NCBI GenBank assembly: GCA_903960135.1
Contig: CAJBZP010000041.1
Coordinates: 909-64,908, forward strand
Direction: 5' to 3'
From: an uncultured Actinomycetes bacterium
GTDB taxonomy: Bacteria; Actinomycetota; Actinomycetes; S36-B12
Length of the DNA stretch: 64,000 bases
Positions 38,880 to 47,840 of this stretch are shown in pieces (position 1 is the stretch's first letter; every line of letters begins with the position of its first letter). A program made the position numbers and the translations under genes. The notes under the pieces were generated by a model. It did no database searches and was not told the origin of the DNA. It was given only the letters and a program-made list of their open reading frames with translations.

Positions 38880-40826
38880 TTAGCGGACGTAACCGACAAT
38901 CGTCGCGTTCGCGGCCGCGGCCACCGAGGAAGTCACCATGATCTGGCCATCGGCTCCAACCGGGGCTAAAACCAGCGCCGCGTATCGGGTATTGGCCACC
39001 ACGGGCGCTGATCTTGTCGCCGGCGGCTGCCCGCCAGCGGCATAAACACTGACCGTGCCGTCTGCCGTGCTCTTCTTAGTTTGGACGCGCAGCAGTACCG
39101 CCTTGAGTTTCTTGACCTTTGGCAGCCCAAAGTGGTTGGCCACCTTGTAGGTCTTGATCTCACCGGCAGCGAAACTGCCAGCGAAAACCGACCTTGGTGA
39201 TAAGGCGATCGCGGTACTCGGTGACGCACCGGTGCCGTAGCCCAGGACTTCGACGCGAAGGCTGACCGCCGGCTTCTTGGACGCAGCCAAGCGGACCGCA
39301 CCGCCAGACACGGGCACCAGCATCACCGCTTTGTGCATAGCCGCTCGCGGGAAACGGAATTTCGCAGAGGCGGATTTGTCCGTCCTGCCAATTCGAACCG
39401 AGCCTTTGCTGGTGGCGTCCTTGCTGGTGATGAAAATTAAGGCCGATGTCGCATCGCCCGGCACCCCCGCCAGGTTCACGGTGCGCTCCTCGCCGGGCTG
39501 CAGTGCGCCATCGGTTGTCGACTCGTAGCCGATGATTGACCCAACCGGGAAGAAATCAACCGGGCCGATCGGGGTATTTGGGGCCGGCGCTGCCGGTGCA
39601 TTAATAACCGGTAGTTCTGGGCTCCCGCCCGCCCCGCCCTTGCTCTTCGTGTAATAGCCGATGACGTCGACACTTAGGTCGGTCGCCCCCGAGGTGGTGG
39701 CAAAGACGATGGTGCCCTCGGATGACACCGGAAGGGTCGCGGTGCCTGTGGTGTCACCGTTCATGATCGCGTTCACCACCGTTTGACTCGCCCGTTGGCC
39801 CGGTGACCAGACGCGCACCCGGGAGGCGGAGTTCGATCCTAGAGCTGCGACATTGATCGTGACACCGGTGACACCGGTCGCCGGAACGCCGCCAACCCCG
39901 GTAACTTTCACGTAAATGCGATTGCTGTCACCGGAGTAACGGTCCTGAAGTAGCCGGCAGCGGCCTTCAGCACCGACACCGGCTCGGGTATTTAGGGCAT
40001 TAAACGGAGTAATCGCGACCATTTCGCCCGCTGGGGTGCTGTCACCGGTGGTTGCGGTCGATGACTGCCCCTTACAAAATGGCACATCGATCGGTGTGCC
40101 ATCCCAGAAGGAACCCGTCGCGGTCGCGCCATCCCACGTCAGGGAGATATGAATGTGGTTGCGGTGGCATACGGTGTCGTTACCTTGCTCCGGCTTGCTG
40201 AAGCAGCCCTTGAGTTCGGTCCACCCTCGCTCGATGTCATAGCCGCGCCAGATGCGGTCATTCCAGCCGATATACATCACGCCAAGGCGAACAGCATTGC
40301 CGTATGGGGTACCGAATTGGTCCGGGCCGAGCAACCAGTTCAAGAATGTCTCGGCGTTCGCGCGTTGCTGCGCATTTCGCACGCTGGTCATCCAGTCAAG
40401 GGCGCGGCCCTCCTTGTGCTCGCTCTGCCCGCCAATTTCGCAGGAGCGCGGAATCCAAACCGTTTGATCGGCGCCGTAGGTCGCCTTGATCAAATCCGCG
40501 AGTCGCTGGGTTCCGGGCTTGGCCGGCGGATCGCATTGGGCTTGACCTTCATACTGGGCAGCCACGTCATAGGTTGGCGGCAATGCCACCGGGTAACCCG
40601 GGACCGCCGCCGGCGGCAACCCCTCCCCGGGCACGGGAGCACCCGCGAGTGGGCCGGTCCAACTACTGGGCTGCCAAACACTGTCGCCCGCTTGGGCTAT
40701 CGGAATACCGATGACTACCGCCACGGCCACCAGACCCGCGACGAGGCTGATCCGGGAGGATCGAGCACCTCGACCCTCGGGTCGGTCAGCGGGCAGGGCA
40801 CAATGCCCTTGGCGACGGGGAAGCAC
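38880..40826 (-). CDS. Secreted/anchored LAS-type zinc peptidase-like protein with three C-terminal beta-rich repeat modules
   Basis: 648 aa with an N-terminal TM/signal segment. The region of about aa 90-245 carries SEHKEGRALD (H-x6-D) and HRNHIHIS (HxH), the LAS/M15 metal-ligand pattern. Three modules of about 110-120 aa follow, each ending in (D/E)V(I/L)GY or IVGYV. Confidence 0.5.
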   Translation of the reverse strand: MLPRRQGHCALPADRPEGRGARSSRISLVAGLVAVAVVIGIPIAQAGDSVWQPSSWTGPLAGAPVPGEGLPPAAVPGYPVALPPTYDVAAQYEGQAQCDPPAKPGTQRLADLIKATYGADQTVWIPRSCEIGGQSEHKEGRALDWMTSVRNAQQRANAETFLNWLLGPDQFGTPYGNAVRLGVMYIGWNDRIWRGYDIERGWTELKGCFSKPEQGNDTVCHRNHIHISLTWDGATATGSFWDGTPIDVPFCKGQSSTATTGDSTPAGEMVAITPFNALNTRAGVGAEGRCRLLQDRYSGDSNRIYVKVTGVGGVPATGVTGVTINVAALGSNSASRVRVWSPGQRASQTVVNAIMNGDTTGTATLPVSSEGTIVFATTSGATDLSVDVIGYYTKSKGGAGGSPELPVINAPAAPAPNTPIGPVDFFPVGSIIGYESTTDGALQPGEERTVNLAGVPGDATSALIFITSKDATSKGSVRIGRTDKSASAKFRFPRAAMHKAVMLVPVSGGAVRLAASKKPAVSLRVEVLGYGTGASPSTAIALSPRSVFAGSFAAGEIKTYKVANHFGLPKVKKLKAVLLRVQTKKSTADGTVSVYAAGGQPPATRSAPVVANTRYAALVLAPVGADGQIMVTSSVAAAANATIVGYVR

Positions 40827-40952
40827 CCGCCTATCGTGTCATGAGCGTGACGCAAGTGACGCTTGGGACATGGGCGATCCGCGAACAACAGGTGTGTAAT
40901 TCACCGCAAAAACAGTGGAATTCCCCCTATCAGGGGTTGATGAGGGAGACGG

Positions 40953-41672
40953 ATGCTCGACGAAGAAGCCGTGGAACGGGTACTCGTTATCACCGCCCAC
41001 CCCGATGACGTGGATTTTGGGGCCGCCGGCACCGTGGCGGGCTGGGTAGAGACGGGGATCGCCGTCACCTACTGCATCGTCACCGACGGGGACGCCGGCG
41101 GCGCCGATCCGACGGTGCCACGCGGGGATATCGCCGGGATCCGGCAAGCCGAGCAGCGGGCCGCGGGTGCGGTACTCGGGGTGCGCGATATCCGATTCCT
41201 CGGCTACCGCGATGGCGAACTTACCGTCAGCCATGATCTGCGCCGGGATTTGAGCCGGGTCATTCGACAGGTACGCCCCCAGCGGGTGCTGACCCAGTCG
41301 CCAGATCGGAATTGGCAGCGCATCTACGCCTCCCACCCAGATCACCTGGCGGCCGGGGAGGCTGCGATCTTTGCCATCTACCCCGACGCACGCAACCCAT
41401 TTGCCCACCCGGCGCTCCTACAGGACGAGGGTCTGGTCGATTGGGCGGTGCCCGAGGTTTGGGTGATGGGATCATCAACACCAAATCACTATGTCGATGT
41501 CACGGACAAGTTCGATCTCAAGATTGCCGCCTTGGAAGCGCACACCAGCCAAACCGCGCACATGGACGACTTGGCCGGTCGCATCACCGGCTGGCTGACA
41601 ATGCAGGCGGCCGAGGCTGGGTTACCCGAAGGCCGGCTGGCCGAAGCATTCATGGTGGTCGACACCGCGTAA
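40953..41672 (+). CDS. PIG-L/LmbE-family deacetylase (MshB/Mca-related)
   Basis: 239 aa with VLVITAHPDDVDFGAAGT (AHPDD motif) and HPDH later in the sequence. The overlapping minus-strand ORF 40839..41408 is judged to be a shadow. Confidence 0.8.
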   Translation: MLDEEAVERVLVITAHPDDVDFGAAGTVAGWVETGIAVTYCIVTDGDAGGADPTVPRGDIAGIRQAEQRAAGAVLGVRDIRFLGYRDGELTVSHDLRRDLSRVIRQVRPQRVLTQSPDRNWQRIYASHPDHLAAGEAAIFAIYPDARNPFAHPALLQDEGLVDWAVPEVWVMGSSTPNHYVDVTDKFDLKIAALEAHTSQTAHMDDLAGRITGWLTMQAAEAGLPEGRLAEAFMVVDTA

Positions 41673-41713
41673 CTTGGACAGCACCGCGTCACTGCACCGA
41701 AGTGACGCGCCGG

Positions 41714-42061
41714 TCACCAAAATACTGCAAGCACCACATTCAAAAGAGTGAGCGCACCGATTGCCGCCCACATCCCGGTCTGCGGCATTGGCTTCTTGCG
41801 ACCAACGAACGCAAGTACGGTGATGATTAGTACGACGACGAGTTTAACAGCGATCTTGGTCATGTTGAGTTCTTCATCTACCGCACCGGATTCGGCGATG
41901 CCTACCAGCAGCACGCCGGTGACAAGTTGAGTGAGTGCACCATGCAACATGGCCGGATTGACGCCCTTATCCGATGACTTAGCCTGCACAATCACCCCGC
42001 CCAGGAGGCTGGCCAAGCCGACAAAGTGCAAAACCAAGATCAGGTTGTATAGAAAAATCAT
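41714..42061 (-). CDS. Small integral membrane protein, unknown function
   Basis: About 115 aa with 4 predicted TM helices. The ATG at 42061 lies 5 nt after the guaA stop, with an alternative GTG at 42076. No motif was recognised. Confidence 0.4.
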   Translation of the reverse strand: MIFLYNLILVLHFVGLASLLGGVIVQAKSSDKGVNPAMLHGALTQLVTGVLLVGIAESGAVDEELNMTKIAVKLVVVLIITVLAFVGRKKPMPQTGMWAAIGALTLLNVVLAVFW

Positions 42062-42066
42062 CAGCT

Positions 42067-43635
42067 TTACTCCCACTCAATCGTGCCCGGCGGCTTGCTC
42101 GTGACGTCTAAGGTAACGCGATTGATCTCTGGAACCTCGTTGGTGATGCGTGTCGAGATCCGGGCAATGACGTCATAGGGCAGCCGCGACCAGTCCGCGG
42201 TCATCGCATCCTCACTTGACACCGGGCGTAGTACCACCGGATGGCCATAGGTCCGACCATCGCCTTGCACCCCAACCGATCGCACATCAGCCAGCAATAC
42301 CACCGGGAATTGCCACACGTCGCGGTCCAGCCCGGCCGCGGTCAACTCCTCGCGGGCAATGGCATCGGCGGCACGCAGGATGCGAAGGCGCTCAGCATCG
42401 ACCGCACCCACAATGCGGATAGCCAGACCCGGGCCCGGAAACGGGTGTCGCCAGACGATCGCCGGCGGCAGCCCCAGATCTAAACCGACCTGACGCACCT
42501 CATCTTTAAACAGAGCGCGAAGTGGCTCAACCAAAGTGAACTTCATGTCATCGGGCAGGCCGCCCACATTGTGGTGGCTCTTGATATTTGCCGTGCCACT
42601 ACCACCGCCGGATTCAACGACATCTGGATACAAAGTGCCCTGCACCAAGAAATCAACCGGCTCATCATCGGCTGATTCCACTATTTCGCGTGCCGCATCC
42701 TCGAAAACCCTAATGAATTCAGCGCCGATGATCTTGCGCTTGGACTCTGGGTCACTCACTCCGGCAAGGGCAGTTAGGAATCTGTCAGCCGCATCGACAA
42801 CAACGAGCTTGACCCCGGTCGCGGCCACGAAGTCACGTTCGACCTGCTCGGCCTCGCCCTTGCGTAGCAGGCCGTGGTCAACAAACACACAAGTCAATTG
42901 ATCACCTACGGCTCGCTGCACCAACGCAGCGGCCACCGCTGAGTCAACACCGCCGGATAGCCCGCAGATCACCAGACCGCTGCCGACCTGCTCGCGAATC
43001 GCCGCAACCTGCACGTCAATGACATTGAGCATCGTCCAGGTCGGGGCAATATTGGCTATGTCATAGAGGAAGCGGGTGAGCACTGACTGACCGTGCTCAC
43101 TATGAAGGACCTCGGGATGAAACTGGACCCCCGCCATCTGTCGCTCAAGGCTTTCAAATGCCGCAACCGGGGCCCCCGCCGACACCGCACTGACCGTGAA
43201 CCCGGCCGGCGCAACCGCTACTGAGTCGCCATGGGACATCCACACACTTTGGGAATCAGGCAGACCAGCGAACAGGGCACCGGGCTCGGTGACCTGAAGT
43301 ATCGTGCCACCGAATTCGCGCAGCCCCGTCTTATCAACTTTGCCGCCCATCGCCTGCGCCATCGCCTGGAAGCCGTAGCAGATCCCGAAGACCGGTATCC
43401 CAAGTTCCAGGATCGATTCATCAAAATGCGGTGCACCAACTTCATAGACACTCGACGGCCCCCCGCTGAGCACGATCGCCGCTGGATTTCGGGCCGCCAA
43501 CTCCGGCGCCGTGATGGTGTGCGGGACGACCTCAGAGTAGATATTTGCCTCGCGCACCCGGCGGGCGATGAGTTGCGCGTACTGCGCACCAAAATCAACG
43601 ACTAGGACCGTTGGTTGCACCTGCGTCACCGCCAA
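42067..43635 (-). CDS. guaA: GMP synthase (glutamine-hydrolysing)
   Basis: 522 aa with a GATase domain ([12 protein letters not shown]), the ATP-PPase loop [10 protein letters not shown], and a C-terminal KPPGTIEWE. Confidence 0.95.
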   Translation of the reverse strand: MAVTQVQPTVLVVDFGAQYAQLIARRVREANIYSEVVPHTITAPELAARNPAAIVLSGGPSSVYEVGAPHFDESILELGIPVFGICYGFQAMAQAMGGKVDKTGLREFGGTILQVTEPGALFAGLPDSQSVWMSHGDSVAVAPAGFTVSAVSAGAPVAAFESLERQMAGVQFHPEVLHSEHGQSVLTRFLYDIANIAPTWTMLNVIDVQVAAIREQVGSGLVICGLSGGVDSAVAAALVQRAVGDQLTCVFVDHGLLRKGEAEQVERDFVAATGVKLVVVDAADRFLTALAGVSDPESKRKIIGAEFIRVFEDAAREIVESADDEPVDFLVQGTLYPDVVESGGGSGTANIKSHHNVGGLPDDMKFTLVEPLRALFKDEVRQVGLDLGLPPAIVWRHPFPGPGLAIRIVGAVDAERLRILRAADAIAREELTAAGLDRDVWQFPVVLLADVRSVGVQGDGRTYGHPVVLRPVSSEDAMTADWSRLPYDVIARISTRITNEVPEINRVTLDVTSKPPGTIEWE

Positions 43636-43691
43636 AGCCTATGACCAAACAATTCGGTCCCAAGACCCGAGCCACCTGCTCGCCCGCAACG

Positions 43692-44006
43692 TCAACTAGC
43701 GAAGGCTCCGAGCAAGAACAGCGCCCCCAGGATTACTAGATCCACGAGCACCGCGACCACCGCGGTGCCGATGATCCAACGGTTGGCGGACCGTGATCGT
43801 TTCCGGGCACTAACCAAGTCCCCAGCCCGAAGTGCAGCGGTGGTGCGCAGGGCTTGGATGATCGCGACCAGCCCAAGGGGTAGGAAGCCCAGTGCGGCCA
43901 CGGCGATGGCCCAACCTAGATGCGCGGACGGCAATTTGGCGGAGCCGGCGGCCGCTGGCTCGACTATTGGGTCAGCCGCTGGCTCGACTATTGGGTCATT
44001 AGTCAT
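43692..44006 (-). CDS. CD225/dispanin-like small membrane protein
   Basis: 104 aa. It has two TM helices with the interhelical sequence ALRTTAALRAGDLVSARKRSRSA resembling the CD225 family. The N-terminus contains an exact 8-aa duplication (DPIVEPAA x2). Confidence 0.45.
   Translation of the reverse strand: MTNDPIVEPAADPIVEPAAAGSAKLPSAHLGWAIAVAALGFLPLGLVAIIQALRTTAALRAGDLVSARKRSRSANRWIIGTAVVAVLVDLVILGALFLLGAFAS
43951..43998. repeat. Perfect 24-bp tandem duplication (in frame, inside the CD225-like gene)
   Basis: GCCGCTGGCTCGACTATTGGGTCA occurs twice in tandem (43951..43974 and 43975..43998) and encodes DPIVEPAA twice. Confidence 0.95.
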
Positions 44007-44107
44007 CGCCTAAACCCTATCCGGGGGTGAATTCTGCAGATATCGCGCTAAGTCTTGAGAATTTCAGTACCGTGACGTCCATCACATTACCCGCGGGAAG
44101 GAATCCT

Positions 44108-44596
44108 ATGGCCCACATCTCCGTGACCGTTGATGGCACGTCTTATCAGGGCGAGGTGGAACCGCGCAAACTCCTCGTGCATTGGCTCCGAGAAGACATC
44201 GGCCGGGTCGGAACCGTGGTGGGTTGCGATACCTCAAACTGCGGAGCATGCACCGTGCTCCTAAATGGTCGCAGCGTTAAATCCTGCAGCGTCCTGGCAG
44301 TGCAGGCAGATGGCTGCGAGGTGACAACGATTCAGGGGCTGGCAGATGGCAACGACTGGCACCCGGTGCAAACCGCATTCAAGGAGTGCCACGGCTTGCA
44401 ATGCGGGTACTGCACACCGGGCATGGTGATGGCCGCGGTGGACTTGCTATCGGAGAATCCGACACCCTCGGAGAGTGAAATCCGCGAAGGGCTAGAAGGC
44501 AATCTTTGCCGTTGCACCGGCTACCACAACATCGTCAAATCTGTCGCTTATGCCGCTGACCTCATGTCGGCCGGCCCCACGAAAGGTGCGAAATGA
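44108..44596 (+). CDS. coxS: Molybdenum hydroxylase small subunit, (2Fe-2S)-binding (CoxS-like)
   Basis: Has [12 protein letters not shown] (plant-type 2Fe-2S), then QCGYCTPG and CRCTGY (second cluster). The start is the ATG at 44108, preceded by GGAAGGA. Confidence 0.85.
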   Translation: MAHISVTVDGTSYQGEVEPRKLLVHWLREDIGRVGTVVGCDTSNCGACTVLLNGRSVKSCSVLAVQADGCEVTTIQGLADGNDWHPVQTAFKECHGLQCGYCTPGMVMAAVDLLSENPTPSESEIREGLEGNLCRCTGYHNIVKSVAYAADLMSAGPTKGAK

Positions 44597-46965
44597 CCGC
44601 TGCACTTGAAACCGACACCGCACTGGGTAAGCCGATCAGGCGAAAGGAGGATGCGCATCTCCTGCACGGCCAAACAAATTGGACCGACAACATCCAACTG
44701 CCCGGAACCGTGCACATGGCAATCCTGCGCAGCCCGATGGCACATGCCAAAATCACAAAACTTGATGTATCGGGCGCCCTGAAGCAGCCGGGAGTCGTGG
44801 CCGCATACGGTGCGAAAGAACTAGGTGATCTAAATGGCGGAGTGCCGTGCGTTTGGCCGGTAACCGATGACATCAAGATGCCCGCATTCCCGGCGCTGGC
44901 AATCGACAAGGTCCGGCAGGTCGGTGACTGTGTTGCCGTGGTTCTTGCCACCAGTGTCGCGGCCGCTGTCGACGCTCTCGACTCAATAGTAGTTTCCTAT
45001 GATCAGCTGCCCGCTGTCACTGACATGGAAGCAGCCCTTGAAAGTGGCAGTGCACTAGTCCACGACGAGATCGAGACCAATGCCTGCTACGTCTACAAGA
45101 TGCCCTGCGGTGACTATGAAGCCTCGCGGGCAAAGGCCGATGTAGTAGTGGCCAGACGATTCATCAATCAACGACTGATCCCAACCTTCATGGAACCACG
45201 CTCGGTGGTTGCCGCACCAATGGGCATGAGTGACGAAATCACCATCTGGTCATCAACCCAGATTCCGCACGTTCTACGAGTCCTGCTGGCACTCGTCACG
45301 GGGATCCCGGAGAACAATCTTCGCGTCGTGGCACCAGATGTTGGCGGTGGTTTCGGTGGCAAGCTCCAGTGCTACCGGGAGGAGATCCTCGTCACCAACC
45401 TAGCTAAGAAGCTTGGTCGGCCAGTTAAATGGACCGAGACCCGAAGCGAGAATATGGTCGCAACCCATCATGGCCGCGATCAGATTCAAGATATTGAAAT
45501 CGCTGCCACCAAAGACGGCAAGATCTTGGGCCTTAAGGTCACCCTGCTCGCCAACATGGGTGCCTATTTGCAGATCATCACGCCTGGCGTACCACTTCTT
45601 GGGATGTTCATGTACCCGGCGATTTACAAAATGGATTCATACGACTTCACCTGCACGGGTGTGTTCACAAATAAGACGCCAACCGACGCCTATCGCGGGG
45701 CCGGTCGGCCCGAATCCACTTATGCGATCGAAAGAATTGTCGATGAGTTGGCTGCCGAAATCGGTATGGAACCCATGGAGTTGCGGAAGAAAAACTGGAT
45801 CAAACATGAGGAGTTCCCATTTACCACCGTTGCCGGATTAACGTACGACACTGGCAACTACGAAGCTGCGACTGAAAAAGCCCTTGCGATGTTCGACTAC
45901 GACGGCCTAAGGGCCGAGCAGGCACAGCGCCGGGCAGCCGGTGACCCAGTGCAACTTGGAATCGGAATATCAACATTCACCGAGATGTGCGGGCTCGCCC
46001 CCTCCCGAACCCTGGGCGCACTTAAGTACGTAGCTGGCGGCTGGGAGCACTGCACGGTACGCGCACTCCCAACCGGCAAGATCGAAGTGGTCACCGGGAC
46101 ATCTCCCCACGGCCAAGGCCACGAGACGGCTTGGAGCCAAATCGCCAGCAGCATCCTTGGCGTTCCAGTTGAGGATATTGAAGTGATCCACAGTGATACC
46201 GGTCGCGCGCCTTACGGCATGGACACCTACGGCTCTAGGTCACTTGCCGTCGGCGGGCAGGCGATCAAGGCCGCTAGCGAGCGTCTCGTCGAGAAGGCCC
46301 GGGTAATTGCCGCGCACCAACTCGAGTGCAGTGCATCGGACTTGGAATTCGTCAATGGCAGTTTCCAAGTGAAGGGCGACCCGAGTAAGTCACAGGCACT
46401 GGGTGCAGTTGCCTTCGAGGCCTTCACGGCACACAATCTGCCGCCGGGCGTAGAACCGACCTTGCAGGCTGAGGCCACAATCGACCCTGAGGATTTCTCG
46501 TATCCGCACGGGACCCACTTAGCTGCCTTGGAAGTCGATACCGAGACGGGGCAGGTCAAGCTGCGCAAATATGTCTGCGTAGATGATGTGGGCATGCAGG
46601 TGAACCCAATGATCGTAGAGGGCCAAGTTCATGGTGGTGTTGCCCAAGGCATCGCACAGGCGCTTTTTGAGGGCGCCGAGTACGACGACGACGGTAACCT
46701 GCTGACCGCCAGTCTCGCCGATTATCTAATACCGAGCGCTGCAGACCTACCCTCGTTCGAGACCGGCTCTACCGTCACCCCTTCGACGACGCACCCGCTA
46801 GGCACCAAGGGCGTTGGCGAAGCCGGAGCAATCGCATCAACGCCAGCGATCATCAATGGCATTGTCGACGCTCTTAGGCACCTTGGAGTAACAGACGTCG
46901 CCATGCCCGCCTCACCGCAGACCGTGTGGCGAACAATTCAAGCCGCTAAGGGAGGCGCGAAATGA
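44593..46965 (+). CDS. coxL: Molybdopterin-binding large subunit of a form-II CO-dehydrogenase-like enzyme (xanthine dehydrogenase family)
   Basis: 790 aa with the active-site loop TPTDAYRGAGRPES (AYRGAGR at nt 45688..45708). This is the form-II signature, not the form-I AYxCSFR. It has an ATGA overlap with coxS. Confidence 0.85.
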   Translation: MTAALETDTALGKPIRRKEDAHLLHGQTNWTDNIQLPGTVHMAILRSPMAHAKITKLDVSGALKQPGVVAAYGAKELGDLNGGVPCVWPVTDDIKMPAFPALAIDKVRQVGDCVAVVLATSVAAAVDALDSIVVSYDQLPAVTDMEAALESGSALVHDEIETNACYVYKMPCGDYEASRAKADVVVARRFINQRLIPTFMEPRSVVAAPMGMSDEITIWSSTQIPHVLRVLLALVTGIPENNLRVVAPDVGGGFGGKLQCYREEILVTNLAKKLGRPVKWTETRSENMVATHHGRDQIQDIEIAATKDGKILGLKVTLLANMGAYLQIITPGVPLLGMFMYPAIYKMDSYDFTCTGVFTNKTPTDAYRGAGRPESTYAIERIVDELAAEIGMEPMELRKKNWIKHEEFPFTTVAGLTYDTGNYEAATEKALAMFDYDGLRAEQAQRRAAGDPVQLGIGISTFTEMCGLAPSRTLGALKYVAGGWEHCTVRALPTGKIEVVTGTSPHGQGHETAWSQIASSILGVPVEDIEVIHSDTGRAPYGMDTYGSRSLAVGGQAIKAASERLVEKARVIAAHQLECSASDLEFVNGSFQVKGDPSKSQALGAVAFEAFTAHNLPPGVEPTLQAEATIDPEDFSYPHGTHLAALEVDTETGQVKLRKYVCVDDVGMQVNPMIVEGQVHGGVAQGIAQALFEGAEYDDDGNLLTASLADYLIPSAADLPSFETGSTVTPSTTHPLGTKGVGEAGAIASTPAIINGIVDALRHLGVTDVAMPASPQTVWRTIQAAKGGAK

Positions 46966-47810
46966 TTCCCGTCGAATTCGATTACGTGAAGGTGACATCC
47001 ATCGAGCAGGCACTTGCTGCCTTGAAGTCAGGGGGCGAGGACTCCAAGATAATTTCCGGTGGCCAATCCCTACTGCCAGTACTTAGACTGCGAATGGCCG
47101 AGCCATCGGTCCTGGTCGACTGCGGCGGCATCGACGAAATGCTCGGTGTCCGCGACGACGGTGATTCGATAACCATCGGGGCGGCGACAACCCACCACGG
47201 CGTCATGAGCAACCCCTTGGTGCAAAAGCACGCACTCTTGCTGGCGCAGGCAACCGCCACCGTCGCAGATCCGGCTATTCGACATCGGGGCACCACCGGC
47301 GGCGCCCTAGCCCATGCCGATCCGGCCGGTGATATCCCAGCCGCGGCATTGGCACTTGATACGTCCTTCGTAATCGCTGGGCCAGGTGGTCGGCGAACTG
47401 TCGCGGCCAAGGACTTCTTCCTTGATTACTTCACCACCGCCGTTGGCCCGGATGAAATCCTGGTCAGTTTCAGTATCCCCAAGTGCGACTGGGGCAGTAA
47501 CTATTCGAAGTTTAATCGAACGGCACAGGCCTGGGCCATTGTCGGAGTTGCCGCCGTTGTCAATGTCCAAGGCGGGGTTATCAAGGAGGCCCGCATCGGC
47601 CTCACCAATATGGCTCCGACCGCCGTCCGTGCAAGCACGGTGGAAGCAGCACTTGTTGGCGCCGCATCGCCGGCCGACATCACCGCAGCAGCAATGCATG
47701 CGGCCGATGGCACTCGGGCAACAAGTGACCTCCATGCCAAGGCCGATTACCGGGAGCACCTGGCCCGGGTCATCACGGCGCGGGCGGTTCGGGCCGCGTC
47801 CGGCATCTAG
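46962..47810 (+). CDS. coxM: FAD-binding medium subunit (CoxM-like)
   Basis: 282 aa with IISGGQSLLPVLRLR, IRHRGTTGGALAHADP and DYREHL motifs. It has an ATGA overlap with coxL and a GGGAGG RBS. Confidence 0.85.
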   Translation: MIPVEFDYVKVTSIEQALAALKSGGEDSKIISGGQSLLPVLRLRMAEPSVLVDCGGIDEMLGVRDDGDSITIGAATTHHGVMSNPLVQKHALLLAQATATVADPAIRHRGTTGGALAHADPAGDIPAAALALDTSFVIAGPGGRRTVAAKDFFLDYFTTAVGPDEILVSFSIPKCDWGSNYSKFNRTAQAWAIVGVAAVVNVQGGVIKEARIGLTNMAPTAVRASTVEAALVGAASPADITAAAMHAADGTRATSDLHAKADYREHLARVITARAVRAASGI

Positions 47811-47840
47811 CCCGGCCGCCGCGCTTACCCGCTTTCGCTT

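Noticed and set aside
40839-41408. 189-aa minus-strand ORF overlapping the PIG-L deacetylase gene
   Set aside because: It has no recognisable motif and is Gly/Pro/Arg-rich. It is antisense to a plus-strand ORF with a clear AHPDD PIG-L signature, so I treat it as a high-GC shadow ORF.
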